The notes under the pieces were generated by a model, which was not told where the DNA came from, searched no databases, and saw only the letters and a list, made by a program, of their open reading frames with translations. Below, one piece after another: positions 25,901 through 38,502 of a stretch of 64,000 nucleotides of DNA. Made by a program: the position numbers and the translations under genes. The DNA is from Amoebophrya sp. A120 (taxonomy: Eukaryota; Protista; Dinoflagellata): positions 5,451,709-5,515,708 of the forward strand of contig CAJINV010000002.1 of the NCBI GenBank assembly GCA_905178155.1. The letters run 5' to 3'. Positions within the stretch are counted from its first letter, which is position 1, and every line of letters begins with the position of its first letter.

Positions 25901-28900
25901 CTTCTTGAACTCCTCTTCAAGCACGCGCTGCCTCCCGTTCGGAAAAACTTGACGAACCTGGCTCAGACCTCCCCGGCGGTGGTAGATTCCGCAGTTAGGA
26001 TTTTCCGGGCCTTCTTCCTCGCGGTAAAGGAGAGCGGACTCGCGGAACAAACCGATGCGGTTTTGATGAAATTGGCACGACATCAGGAAGAAACGGAAAT
26101 ATCTTCGAGCTCCCTGAAATACCACGTCCTCGGGCTGCTGATCGATTTCCACCGCGCGCGGGGAAACTTTGTGGCGAAGCAAGTGCGGGATCAGGAACAA
26201 CACTCCTACCCCGCCCACCTCAGTTCCTTCGACCACTTTCTCCTTTTCCGCGAAGGTGTGCAAAGTGGGTTGATTCATGCAGACAAAGTTTTCACTGACG
26301 AAGAAACGCAGAAAGAGCTGGAAAGGCTTTTCTCAAACGGAGAAAAGTCGTCCCATACTCTCCTTCTTGACCTGGATAGCCCTGCGGCGAACTTTCTGCA
26401 CCTCGACTTGATCACGTTTTTCCCCAGCACCTCGCAAGAAGGCGACATCTTCGAAAACCTGATCCACCTGCAGAAGCACCGGCGCGCCCGCGCGCTGCAG
26501 CAGTTGGCGAGTAAGGCCGAGGAGAAACAGCTGAAGAAGTCCACGCTGCTGAATCTGTGCGTGCCGCTAGCTTCGATCGCGATTTTGCAGAAGCAGGCGA
26601 CAAAAGAGAGCTTTGACATTGGGTACGCGGACGTCAGCTTGAAACTACTTTCGAATTGCTTCAAAAACTCCGGGAGGTCCTGTTGGAACAAAATTTTGGA
26701 GCAGATTAAGTTCTTCGCAAAATCGCTGAAGGACTTCAACGACAAAGTGCACGAGCGGTACTTGATCCGGGGTGTTGTCGCGTGTCTGAATTCGTACCAG
26801 TTTCAAGAAGAGGGAAGCAAGAAAAATAGCGGAGCTAGTTCATCTTCAACATCCAGTTTGTTTGAATCGGCGAAGGCACTGACCGCGGAGGAGGTGGTGG
26901 CGAAATGTGCTGGTGACAGAGGTAGCAGTGCCGATGGAGGTGCAGCGACGGGACTAGACAAGCCGGCAACAGGTGTTGAAGCTGCTCCTGCTGCAAAAGA
27001 AGGTGATGTGGCTGCCACAGCTGACGCTTCTACTGCTCCTGCTGCCGAAGAACTAGAGGAACAAGCAGATACAGATCATCCCCTCGATCATGTTGAACAA
27101 GTAGAGCTGCAAGAACAGCCGGCCCCGCCGACGGAGGAGCAACGGAAAGTTGCAGCCTCGCTCAAGAAGCAGGTGCTGCCCATTCTGAAAAAGCTGCTGT
27201 TCGACAAATCCAAAGCCGACGACGCAGGGTCGAACAAGAACAACTCGGGCACCAGCGCGGCAGGAGGAAAGAACGCATCCTCGGCCGGCAGTAAGCACCC
27301 GCCGCTCGGCCAGGTTCGACTCCCGGTTGTGGGGTGTTTGATGCACGTACTTCCCTATCTGGCAGAGCGGGACTTTTACGAGGAGCTGCCGCGACTCATC
27401 CGGCAGCTGTGCGACAACTTGCGATCCCGGCAGTTGGATCTCCGGATCGCCGCCCGGTCCGCGCTGCAGCAGTGCTGTTTGGCCCTGGGACCGAGCTGGT
27501 TCCTCTACATCGTGCAACAACTGCAAACCTGCTTGAATAAAGGCGGGTATCAACAGGCGGTGTTGGTTTTTTCCGTGCACAACGCGCTGCACGCCGTGGT
27601 GGAAGCGTTTTATCTTCACGGCAACAAGAATGACGACGAACACGAAGCGAGGGCTGAGCATCACCCTCTGGACGCGTGCCTCCCGGAGTTGCGATCCTTG
27701 ATCACTGAGGAACTCAACCGCATGGCGGAACCTGACAACGGCGACGAGGGCCAGCACGACGTGGAGAGTGCGCACCGGAAAAATCTGTGCCTGGAAGCGA
27801 AGAAGGTCAAGGGCCCGGAGATTCTGAAGCTGATTTGCTCGGTTGCGACGGTCGAGAACTGCCTGGAAGAAGTCGTCGAAGAGTTGTACAAGTTACTCTC
27901 CGCAGAAACCTTCGCGGACCGGAACCTCGGTGTGCAGGAGATGTCAATCGGCCGCGCGTATTCGGTGAAGTACTTAAACCGGGTCAAGGAACTGCTGTAC
28001 GCTAGTGTGCAGGGCCTGATGAAAAACAAACAATTTACGGTGCAGCACCAGTTGGAAGTGTGTGGCACGAGCCTGTCCCGCTGCAGCGAGCTGATGCAGA
28101 ATAGTAATTCCACTAACCGTGCTCTTTCGTCTACAACCGGCGGAAGAACAGGCGCTAGCTCCACTGCGATGCTGACCAACGGCGATGATCTCTCTTTAGC
28201 CCCGGCCGACCAGGAACAAGCAACGGTGTCGACCTTGTTCAATTTCAAAAAGGAGAACTGCTACTCTGTGCAGCCGGGCGCGGCCCGAGGCAACCAGGAG
28301 TGGAAGATCGCCAAGAGTCGCAAGGGCTTCGACGCCACGGCGCGGGCCGAAATTTTTGGCGCCACGGGGCTGCGGTTGCTGACGCACTTGCTGAAAACGA
28401 CGGCCGGCGGGGAAATGCTCAGTTTGGCAGCTGGCGGTGCAATCGCTACTACATCGCAAATAACGGACGTTGATGGTGATGAAGAAGAACTACAACTACA
28501 CCAGTCTACTGAACGAGATCATCAGCGACACCAAAAAACAAGAACCGTTTGCCGCCAGCTTTTGAAGGACAACATCCTTCCGCATCTGATCCACACCTGC
28601 TTTACCGGCAAGCAGGACAGTCTGTTTCACGCGTCCGCGAAGTGTCTGCACAAACTGCAGCCGTATTTGGACGACGACTTTGACGACAAGTACGCGAAAA
28701 TCATCGCGAACCAAATCCTGAAGACCTTCCAGCACGCCGGCGTGCAGCAGGAACTGTCGATCCGGTTGCGCAAGAAGCGCGCCCACTTCATCGACGTGAT
28801 TCCCTGCGTCACGCAATTGCTATCTGCGTTGCTCGCGAAGAACCGGTATGCATAGCAAAAATGTCTGGGTCTGGAAGATTGCAACTTGCAATGCTGTCTT

Positions 28901-31900
28901 TCGATTCTAAAAAAATCTGTATTGCATGACCGGCAACGGGACTCCAGTTTGTGTTACGCGAAGAGGGCATTTCTGATGCAGAATAGGCATTAGGAAGCCC
29001 TCTAAAAATCTGTGTTGCTAGATCATGCATTAGAGGCATCAATCATCATACAAAATATGCATGACAACCTTGCATCCTTCCAGACCCCGACACTTTTACA
29101 TTTGATAACCGTTCCGCCAAGTGGTTTCTCGAGGCGCTTCTAGACGACAGCTACCTGGACGAAGAGCAGCTGCAGGCCGCCAAAAGGCGGAGGTTGGCGA
29201 CCTTTAGCGCGATTGAGGACTTGAGCGAGAGAACAAACAGTTCGACGTGTTATGCTGGTTCTTCTACTGATTTGCTCTCCTCAAATAGCAGCGCAACGTC
29301 GAGCAAGCGAAAGCAGAAGCAAAACCAGTTTGGGGCCGCCCCCGCGCAGGGCAAAAACTCCAGCTCGTCGAAGAACAAACACAACGACACTACAGCCCAC
29401 AGCTACTTTTTCGAGGCGCTCATCGCCCAGATTTCCGCGAGTCTGGACCAGGCGAAGCTCCGGTCTTCCGCGCTGCAACTTTTGAAACGCGTGCTCAAAC
29501 GAACCACCGCCGGCTTGAAACAGCTCCCCATCGTGTACCAGCTTTTGGACAGCATCGGGGAGATTGTGTGCAACGGGGTCGTGTCCGACGGCTCCAACCA
29601 GGACCTGACGGCGCAGCTCGCGGGGCAATTGTACGTCGACTTCTTACTGGATTTCGAGCACGAGAAGGTCGGGCTGAACAAACGCATTCAAAAACTCGTC
29701 GCGGCCGTCAGTGCCGGGACGTCGACGTCGAGTGGTCTTAACAGCTCCGACTTCTTAAACAGCAAGCTTGCCGGTACGAAGTCGTCGTTGAATTGTTTGA
29801 ACAGCTTAACGCAGCAACTCCCTGAGCATTTGTTGCACGAATTCTCGACCCTCTTCTTCCTCACCGCCACGGCAAGATTGAACACGGAAAAAGACGTAAA
29901 ACTGCGGGAGATGCTGAAGTTTTTCGTGCAAAATCTGGTGAAAAGAATCGGCGCGGACAACCGGAAGCAATTGCTAGATTTGATGTTGGAGTATGTCAAC
30001 ACGATTCCGAAGATCATCCCCGCGTTTGCCGAAGTGATCGGCGCGTTCAGAGTAGTCGCGGCTGGTAGTGCTGTTAATATTGACAGCACTGGACGAAGGA
30101 ACAAGAAGAACAAGCTGTCGGAAGAGCAGCGGGTATCTCTGTTATCGTTGCGAAATCTCGCGACCTTTCTGTCCCACAACGCGACTTCGGCAACGAATTT
30201 CCGCACAAAGTCCAAAATCATGTACAGTGTCGCGCTTGGGTTCCAGGAGCTGGTGGCGAATTCGTATAGTGCTAATATGTCGGGGGCATCGGCCTCTAAT
30301 AGCGAGGAAAAAACCCTAATAAATCCCGTCACGTTCCTCTCCCTGGTGGCCGCGCAGGACGAAACCAATTCGCTCTACTACAGGGAGCTCTCCGCGACGT
30401 TGCTCTCCCCAGAGGCAATTTCCATTTCGGACGAGGTGTTGTGTGATGATGATGCCGACGAGAAAATGGGAACCGTCACCGCTGTAGAGCAACAACAGCA
30501 CGCTGCTCGGAAGCAACTTCTCCTCGAGGTCGATCCGGAAGTGAAGCCGTGGATTTCGGCCTGTGCGCTGCGGTTGATCGGAAGCAGTGAAGTGTTCTTG
30601 CAGGAGCATTTGGACTTGCACGAGCAGAATCACGATATTGATTCCTCCACGCTTCTGAGTTGGAAAGACGCGATTTCGAAACTGATGCTGGACCAAAATT
30701 TGGAGCAAAACTTCAATTCTACTTTGGTGGCGGTCAAAGCGCTGATTCGCGTGGTATTCTGCATGCAGAAGAATGGGACGGCGTGGGAGACACAGTATCA
30801 GCGGTTGCTTGGAAACAGCAAAAATGCGAAACCGGAAGGGGAAGATATTGATGGTGAAGAAGCAGTGGATGGTGCAACGGCTGCCAACGATGACGATGCA
30901 GCCGCCCTTGAGGATGATATGCTGGATGATGATATGGAAGTGGAACACGAGCAAGGGCTTGTTCCTGCGGAGGACGCAGTGGTAGAAGATCAAGCCACCA
31001 ACGAAAATAGAGACACTGCACGGGATCTGGATGCCGAAGGGGCGGACGCAGAAATTGCAGCAGACAACAAGTCTAGCTCCGATTTCGACGAAAACGAATC
31101 TGACGTCGATCAGGACGAAGATTTGGAAGCCCAGCTCTTAGAAGACGACGACGTCGACGTCGCGAACTGCCTGCTGCTACGACAGAACAATAATGGAGAA
31201 GATGCACCAGCGAAGTTGGAGCAATTGTACCATCGGGACGAGGAGGATCTTGCTTGCAGCACGCAAAGAAATAAAGAACGACATCTCGCTACGCATACTA
31301 CTGGTACAACTTCCCCGACCTTCCTCCTCCTCATCCAGAAGACCTGCAGCCACTTCTCCTACAAGGCAAGGTGCTTTCTCAAAGAGACCCGAAAGCACGC
31401 CTTCCGTCTCACGGCAATCCTCCGGTTCTTCGGACACCTGAGCGCCATGGCGGATCTAGAAACCGTGTTGGCCGATAAGAAGGTTTTGCACGCGATTTTG
31501 AGCCTCTTGATGCGGGTGAGCAAGTTCTGCGAACAGGATCTGCTGCAAATCAGCAGTCAAATCGGGACGAGTGGAGGTACTGAAAGTGACTTAGTTTATT
31601 TTTCATGCGTTCGCTTTTTTATTTTTTTTTCTATCATCTTCGTACGTAGCTTTATTCTCCTTGCTCCTCTTCGGGAGGTTCGGGCAAGGCCAAGAATCGA
31701 GCACCTACTTAGCGCTAGACTTCGCGTTTTTTTCGCCTGCTTTTCGTATTCGTTTCACCCGTTGTAGTGCAGCTAGAACTGCCTGAAACAGATGCTACTT
31801 GCATCTAGATGAAAATCATAGGCGCAAAATAAATCAAAATTACGTAACCACTTCCAACAATCCTCGATGAAAATCCACACACAGGCGTCCGTCGCCCGGG

Positions 31901-32273
31901 CAAAGTGACCGCTCCCGACCAGGACCAGCAACTGAAAGCTGCGGTGACGATGGAGGAACTGGCGCGTCAGTCGGAGAATGGTGTGAAATTCACGCTGGGT
32001 ACCTGGGCGAGTGAGGCGATGGAGATGATTACCAAGAGGTTCGCCGACGCGGGGGAGTTGGATCCCAACCTGAAACACCTGTTCGAGCAGGAGAAGCAAA
32101 AGGTGCAAAAACTCGTGCAGGACCGCAAGTTCAAGCGAAAACTCGCGCAAACCGCCTCGAAGGTGGCGAAACCGGAGATCGCCGCGGCAAGACGGGTGAA
32201 GAAGAACAAGACCAAACGGGTAAACAGGAAAGAGAAAAAGAACCAAGCACTGAAATTGCTGAAGAAAAGATAA
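16989..32273 (+). CDS. UTP20: U3 snoRNA-associated protein 20 (SSU processome HEAT-repeat protein), ~4,664 aa; exons 16989-19839, 19994-20483, 20741-22875, 23181-28846, 29113-31576, 31885-32273
   Basis: N-terminal RFKSFHERV, internal LPRLIRQLCDNLRSRQ..RIAARSAL...LG...GGYQQAVLVFSVHNAL, C-terminal VAKPEIAAARRVKKNKTKRVNRK. Joined exons total 13,995 nt with no internal stop. Four introners and one GT-AG intron (31577-31884). Confidence 0.9.
19840..19988. mobile_element. Introner family B
   Basis: Near-perfect ~35-bp TIR TATCCTGTGCAAAAGTATCGTACTCGTA(C/T)AAATGC. TSD GTTTG. Confidence 0.95.
20484..20735. mobile_element. Introner family A
   Basis: Perfect 30-bp TIR TATCAAATGTAAAAATGTCTGGGTCTGGAA. 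TSD CAGCT. Frame restored. Confidence 0.95.
22876..23175. mobile_element. Introner family A (reverse orientation) with internal (TAC)n expansion
   Basis: Family A TIR, TSD CGATG. Interior is the reverse complement of the 28847 copy. Confidence 0.95.
28847..29107. mobile_element. Introner family A (forward)
   Basis: Family A TIR with mismatches, TSD ACCGG/ACCGT. Frame restored. Confidence 0.92.
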
Positions 32274-33065
32274 AGCTTCATCTTGGCTCCATCTGTGTGC
32301 TGGCGGTGCGAGAAGTAGATGAACCAGGGCGCTTGCGCTCCTATCTTGAACGCGAACTTTACGATTATCATTCTGATTTTACATGCAAAGTTACAGGAGA
32401 GGAACATGCGTTATGTGATGTGGTTAACATACTGCGTCAAATGACAACACGTGTCTTTGTCGCTCCTGTGCTTCGACAGCAGCACCGGTGACGTTCTCAA
32501 TGAAGGTGCAATCCTTGTTCTGGGATTGTTGAGGTCGCTGAAAGACAAGTTCCACGAACAACGCGCTCGGCTTGTGTCTGAGGACACAGATCTTGCAGAT
32601 GTCGATCTCCACGCTTGGTCTGTAGTTAGATCCAAAAATATCCATCGTGATGTGAGGATCTTCAGCAGTGCCACTAAGCATCAACAAGATCATGAAGACG
32701 GTTGTTGTTCCCGAACTCAGGTCTTCGAACTGAAAATCAAAACCCGTGGCGGTCCTCGGCTGTGATTGAGGTCGTGGCGCGAGATCTCTTGTTGATCTGC
32801 TACCAATCCTGGTACATAGCGCATGTCTGTGTGCTCCATCTTCTGTAAATGCTTTTCATTAACTTCTTGCCACCAGGTGAAGTAGCACTGGGGCGTTGGC
32901 AAGCTCGCGCAAAAAAAAGAATATGTTTACCGCATTATAGGCACCATTTCATAATTCTTGCACTTCATCGACGATGCTAAGAAGTAGTTGCTGAAGTAGA
33001 AAGATAGTGTGTCCCCTCCCTCGTCTAACATATCTAAGAGCCTGTTGTACATTAGAACAATAAAC

Positions 33066-35183
33066 ATGGCTCCCGGTGAAAGTTCCGATCGCAACTCTGT
33101 CGCCTCCGACTCCGACAGCTGTCCATCGAGTTTCGACGATTTCACCGATTCGGAGGACGACCGGCGGCTGCACGAAAATGATTTGAAGACCCGCTCAGAA
33201 AAGCTTTTCACGTGGGAGAAGGAGTTCATGTTGAACGATGAAAAACACAACTCGGTGAAAAAACAGTACTACAAACGGGAAAAGGAGTTCTTGTGCTTCA
33301 AAACATCAATCTGCGAAGATGTTGACAGTTCTATGAGCCCGGCAGAGTGCCGCGGTCGTGGAGTATTAAATCACATTCGGGAAGACTTACAGTTGAGAGA
33401 AATTCAGTATGAAGAGCTGGTCGCGAGTAGACAATCTCCAGGCGAGAATGGCAATGGGGCAAAAGAAGCTGATAAAGCAGGCAGCAACTGCCAGTTCGTG
33501 CAGCACAGGACTGCCTTCGAAAAAACCGTTCGGGAAGCATTGGAATGTGTTAAAAAGGAGTTGCTGCGGAGGAGACGAAAGGCAGCAGCTGCAACTTCTT
33601 CCTCTGCGAGGGCCCCACCAGCAGGCGGACAAGAAGACGTGAAGGACGAGCGGCAGGACGAAGGTGAAGATACCGAAAATGGGGAGGCCGCTAGAACAGC
33701 CACTCGGGCAAGAATACGATATATGCTGGCCCGATCATTATATCGCACCTCCGGCCCGCAGCGGAATGACGTCGAGAGCAGCGAAAAGGGGCAACGAAGG
33801 GAGGACGAAATTTTTTCGCCCGCGTACAGATTTGAGTTCGAGCAGAACCAGGACACGAGCACACCATCATCTTCATCACAAGACGAACCCACTGCACCAG
33901 CAGGCCGTTCTGAAGATACAACAACCGCGCCGCTCCGCTGCGACTCAGACTCTCCTCGACGACGACGGCGCAGCCCACGACCCCCGGCAAAAACCTCGTC
34001 CGGCGCCTACGCTGCCACCCCGTGTATCCTGAAATACATGGCGGAGTGGGAAAATTGGTCCTGCAAAGACAAGTGGAAAACACCCGAAGAATTCCAAAAG
34101 CACCACGGCGACACACCGATCCACATCACGGAATTCTTCCCGCCAGATAGCAACGTGAAACCCTACAAGGTCCGCATTCCGATCAAGGACTACATCAGCT
34201 ACGCACGCGAGACGCAAGCGGATTTTCCCTGGTACCCCTTCGAGCGCGACTTCGACACGACCGTGTTTACCAAGAACAACCACGGCGCGAAAATCGACCA
34301 GGAGAACCGGGAGTTTCTCCTCCAGGATTTCCAACCGCTACCGGAACTCTTCGGCATCCAGGACGTGTTTGAGCTGACGAGCAGGCTCCGCCACGAATTC
34401 TTTCCCTACTCCTGCCACCGGTTCGTCATCCTCGGGGGGAAGCGAACCGGCGCGAATGTCCACCAAGATCCGCTGCACACCGCGGCGTGGAATTTACTGC
34501 TCGCCGGCCGAAAACGGTGGGTGTTTTTCAAACCGGGGACGGGGGAAAAAGAGATGCGGCTGCAGAGTGTTTCGAGCAAGACATCAACTTCTACACAAGC
34601 TGACGTTGACGACGGTGCTCGTAGTAGAATTCCGTCGACGAACAGCAGGAGCTGCAGTAGCACTACGGATGAAACTGAAAGTTGTAACTCCTATCAGAAG
34701 AAAAAACCTTCCCGTTACAACGACAGCGCTCCGTTCGACTGGTGGGCGGAAGCGTATCCGAAAATTAAGGAGGATAAAACGGTCGAGCTGTACGAAGTCG
34801 TGCAAAATCCCGGCGACACGGTGTACATTCCCCCGGACTGGTATCACGCCGTGTTGAATCTGGACGATTTCACGGTGGCGTGCACCAGTAACGTGTTGAC
34901 CGTGAAGATGCTCTTGAAGATTCTACAAGCGTACGACGCAGAGGAGATAAAATTCTCCGACGCGATGTTGGAAGAGATGCAGTTGGGACTGGAGATCTTG
35001 TTGGAAGAGATTGCCGCGCCCGCACAAATCGATAAGGATATAATCAACGAGGAGATGATGCAAAGATCACCAAAAAGATCGTCAGCCTCCTGTATTATGC
35101 AGAAGAACAGCTGCCATGCTGCTGCACACGACGAGATTACAACGGGTCGACGCGATTGCCGCGTCCACTATGGTGGGTCATAG
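33066..35183 (+). CDS. JmjC-domain 2OG-Fe(II) oxygenase, JMJD6/PSR-like
   Basis: RFVILGGKRTGANVHQDPLHTAAWNLLLAGRKRWVFF and QNPGDTVYIPPDWYHAVLNLD (HxD...H triad). Uninterrupted ORF. Confidence 0.88.
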   Translation: MAPGESSDRNSVASDSDSCPSSFDDFTDSEDDRRLHENDLKTRSEKLFTWEKEFMLNDEKHNSVKKQYYKREKEFLCFKTSICEDVDSSMSPAECRGRGVLNHIREDLQLREIQYEELVASRQSPGENGNGAKEADKAGSNCQFVQHRTAFEKTVREALECVKKELLRRRRKAAAATSSSARAPPAGGQEDVKDERQDEGEDTENGEAARTATRARIRYMLARSLYRTSGPQRNDVESSEKGQRREDEIFSPAYRFEFEQNQDTSTPSSSSQDEPTAPAGRSEDTTTAPLRCDSDSPRRRRRSPRPPAKTSSGAYAATPCILKYMAEWENWSCKDKWKTPEEFQKHHGDTPIHITEFFPPDSNVKPYKVRIPIKDYISYARETQADFPWYPFERDFDTTVFTKNNHGAKIDQENREFLLQDFQPLPELFGIQDVFELTSRLRHEFFPYSCHRFVILGGKRTGANVHQDPLHTAAWNLLLAGRKRWVFFKPGTGEKEMRLQSVSSKTSTSTQADVDDGARSRIPSTNSRSCSSTTDETESCNSYQKKKPSRYNDSAPFDWWAEAYPKIKEDKTVELYEVVQNPGDTVYIPPDWYHAVLNLDDFTVACTSNVLTVKMLLKILQAYDAEEIKFSDAMLEEMQLGLEILLEEIAAPAQIDKDIINEEMMQRSPKRSSASCIMQKNSCHAAAHDEITTGRRDCRVHYGGS

Positions 35184-35893
35184 AAAAGAAAATAAAACGT
35201 GTTTATGTTGCACCATTTTTTTTACCTACAGCCCGCGACTTCTGGCCACTGCGGTCCATGATCGAAGTTTATTGAAAAGACAACAAGCATTTACTTCTAC
35301 AGCAGTATGAAGATGTGTTGCTGTTGCCATTCCCATTTCTCGTCTTCGTCAAGTCGCATTAGCAGAGCTTTTTACAACCACTTGTTCCCTCGTTCAACCC
35401 TTATTTCGCTGTTTGGTATCACTAAAGGGTTTCTTCGACGTCCTGCATGTTTCGATGATTCGAGATCCAGAGGCGTGCACGTACGAGAGAAGATATTTTC
35501 GAAAAATTATGGCAGCTGTGTTCTCGTCTTCAAGAATGAACCAGACAGAGGGAGCAAAAGACAGAACGAGGAAGAGGGAGTTTGCTCGTCGGGGCTCTTG
35601 CAAAAAACCTCAATTTATATGGCTTCTTGATGTGTTTTACGTCGATGAAAATGAGAATTATCATGATGAAAGTTTCTTAGTCTGTCGGATTGGTTCGGCG
35701 GATCGTTCCGATCTTGCTGGGCCTTCACTGACGACTACACCAAATGTCATAGTTACTCTGATGAAAATGAATGGTCAAGAGCTCTCGTTCCTATAAAGAA
35801 AATTCTCGAGGAGCAGTTCTAGAATCACTAGACTAGCAAGCAGGGTACTCATTGTGTTGCAAGAGGAAGAGCCAAATTGTACACATCAACATC

Positions 35894-38502
35894 ATGTTGA
35901 TCTCTACAAGGAAAGCGCAGCAGCAGTTCACGCAGGAGCCGCTCTCGCCGAGCCGGTTGCACCGCAAGAAGCAGCATTCCTACAAGGGTTGGTGCGAGCG
36001 GTGCCGCACCGTGCACGACTGGCGCAGCGGGGAAAACGTGACCAAGGCGTGCATTCCGCCCCTGCACGTCACGGAATTGTTCGACGAGCGAAGGGAGGAG
36101 GTGGTGAAGGTGCCCAAGGTATGTTCATGAATCTTGCAAGACGCTTATTTTGTTCAAGGTGACCATCATGATCATGCGTACAACTACAGGCTGAAGGCTG
36201 AGAAAAAAAATGATGCATCTGATATACTGTGTAAAAGTAGTACTATCTACTTCCACCGACCGAACATCTGCGACCTTCTACCGGACTACCGACATCAAAT
36301 CGTAACCCCTGGACCTTTTCAGGATTACCGTGCCGCGCTGTACGCCTACGAAGGCGCTGGTGGCTACTACACCCTGGAGGGCGTTCTGGACACGTTTTTC
36401 GGCAAGAACCCGCATTTTCCGGGCTACAGCGTGTGGCTCCGGGATGTGAACGAGGAAACCCCCGAGCCGAGTAGCGAAGAGGACGAGGACGGGAGCGAGG
36501 AGACGGGTTCGAATACTCCTACGGGCTTTGAGGAAAATGATAATCCGGTGCACCGGGGCGAAAATTTTGTGACCAAGACCGGTCGTGAAGATCATGCTAC
36601 AACAACAGGAGGTGAATCCAGTCCAACCAAAGGGGGTCAACTTCTGCTCAAGGGCATGGTGGCGGAGGACGATCGCTTTTTCCGGTTGTTAAAGCGCAAC
36701 CGCACGTGCTTCGTATGCATTGCAGGAAATATCTCTGGGGTTGAAAGAATGCAAGGGTCGTTTGTCATGCAACGCTGCGAAAGCGACATTTTTCTGATAT
36801 GCACTAAGAAATAGGGGAATAGAGTGGACATCACCGCCTAGGAATTCAAGAAGTTGTATATGTACAAATATCTATGTGCTTGGCGGCCGACGGACAAATG
36901 AGGCGCTGTCGTGATTCTTCAATGAGCGTAATCACAAGTTTCTTCTTCTTCTAGACCCGGATTTATATTTGCAAGGCATACTTTGGCACGCGAAACAACG
37001 CGACCACCCGAAAGCGGTCCAACTCCCGGTCGCCGAAAAAAGCGGGCTCGCCGAACAAGACCGGCGGAACTACTACTCACTACAACCCGCTGAACCCGGA
37101 GTCGAACCCGGCCACCCTTATTTCCGAGCAGGACATATGGGGTTCTCAAACGTTACATTCAAAGAGTACCTAAATCTGTGCGAAATTTGTAATGCTAAAT
37201 GTGCAGCCTCCCCCCTTTGACTATTGCTATTCTTGCATTACAAATTCGTGTAACAGTTGAGAATGTAACAGTTGAGAATGCCATAGGACATCTACAGGAA
37301 GTGGGACAACGAAAAGGGCTTCCGGATTCCGGAAAAGCTGGTGCAGAAAACCGTCATGCTGGAGGCGGAGAACACCATCGAAAAACAGCACTCCCTGGTG
37401 CGCAACTTACGCATTGCAAATAAATATGTCTGGGTCCGGAAGGTTGCAACTTGTCATGCTGAATCTGAATCATGCAAAAACTCTGCGTAGCATGATTAGC
37501 AACAGCCGTCCTTTTTTACCACGTTGAGAGAGAATTTCTCATGCAGGATAGGCATGATAGAGATCATCTCACAGAATTTGCCATGCTAGGTGCTGCATTT
37601 CAGGCCTCATGGGTAATGGAAAACCTGCATGACAAATAATCTGGCAACATCCTTCCAGATCCAGACCCAGACATATTTGCATTGGATACAACTCCTTCGT
37701 GTACAACGAGTACGACGCCGTATCCTGGCCCTTGACTTTCTTTTTCGGTACGGTGCTGCCGAACACCCGGAAAGAGATCGTGGAGATGAACCAAAAAGCG
37801 AAAAACCTCTCCGTGCCACCCACTGCATCTCCGGGCGGTGACAATAACAACGACCAGACCACAAACGAGGAGGACAAAAAGTTCGAAGAGCCGGAGCAGG
37901 CGTTTTTCGATTCCGACCTGTGGAAGCGGTTCGTGAACCAGTACAAGCCCGGCAGAACAACGTCGACAACCGGAGCAGGAGGTACTAAAAATACGTCGAA
38001 GAACGAGGACACTTCTACCCGCCCCCTCCTGCAGATGAAACTGCTGCCGTCGTTTCTGACCAACCCGAAGGAGCGGAAAAACCGGGAGGACGCGCAGTTC
38101 GCGAAGTTTGCGGCGCAGCTGCAGCGGGTCTACGAGGTGAAAATGGAACAATTCCTGTCGCCGTCGGACGAACAGGAAGCTGGTACAACTACATCAACAA
38201 GTGACGGAGCGAAAGAGGAACAAGCCGATCGAGAGACCCCGTCCTCGGGAGCAGCACAAAATGTTGAGCAACAAGAAACTACGGAGGAAGTACAACAAGA
38301 TCAAGACGCGACATCCTCTGCGCCCGCGTCCGCCACCCGGGTGCACATCCTCCCGCCGCTGAAGGAGTGCGATGCGAAGATGCGCCGGGCACGGAAGAAA
38401 ATGCAGGCGGATGACCGGTGTTTCAAGCCGTACGAAGGAAACAACAACTCGATGAATTACGACGACGAATTTTTCGTTTACGCCAGGTGGGCAAAGTTCT
38501 AG
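35894..38502 (+). CDS. Hypothetical protein; exons ~35894-36118, ~36197-36713, 36986-37135, 37291-37407, 37694-38502
   Basis: GC3-rich segments join in frame across three introners. The acceptor of the first (GT-AG) intron is uncertain. N-terminal CxxC..H motif. No family recognised. Confidence 0.7.
36714..36980. mobile_element. Introner (degenerate, A-related)
   Basis: Ends TATGCATTGCAGGAAATATCTCTGGG / CCCGGATTTATATTTGCAAGGCATA. TSD CTTCG/CTTTG. Confidence 0.8.
37136..37285. mobile_element. Introner family D
   Basis: Ends TATGGGGTTCTCAAACGTTACATTC / GAATGTAACAGTTGAGAATGCCATA. TSD GGACA. Confidence 0.88.
37408..37688. mobile_element. Introner family A (forward)
   Basis: AAATATGTCTGGGTCCGGAAGG / CCAGACCCAGACATATTTGCATTGGATA. 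TSD CAACT. Confidence 0.9.

Noticed and set aside
31583-31908. 8-bp repeat AAAGTGAC as an introner boundary in UTP20
   Set aside because: That join is out of frame and there is no TIR. A canonical GT-AG intron at 31577-31884 gives the correct frame.
32297-32902. Short ORFs between UTP20 and the JmjC gene (and at 35307-35796, 38532-39075, 56263-56517)
   Set aside because: They are short, lack the GC3 bias of real exons and have no motifs, so I treated them as UTR or intergenic sequence.
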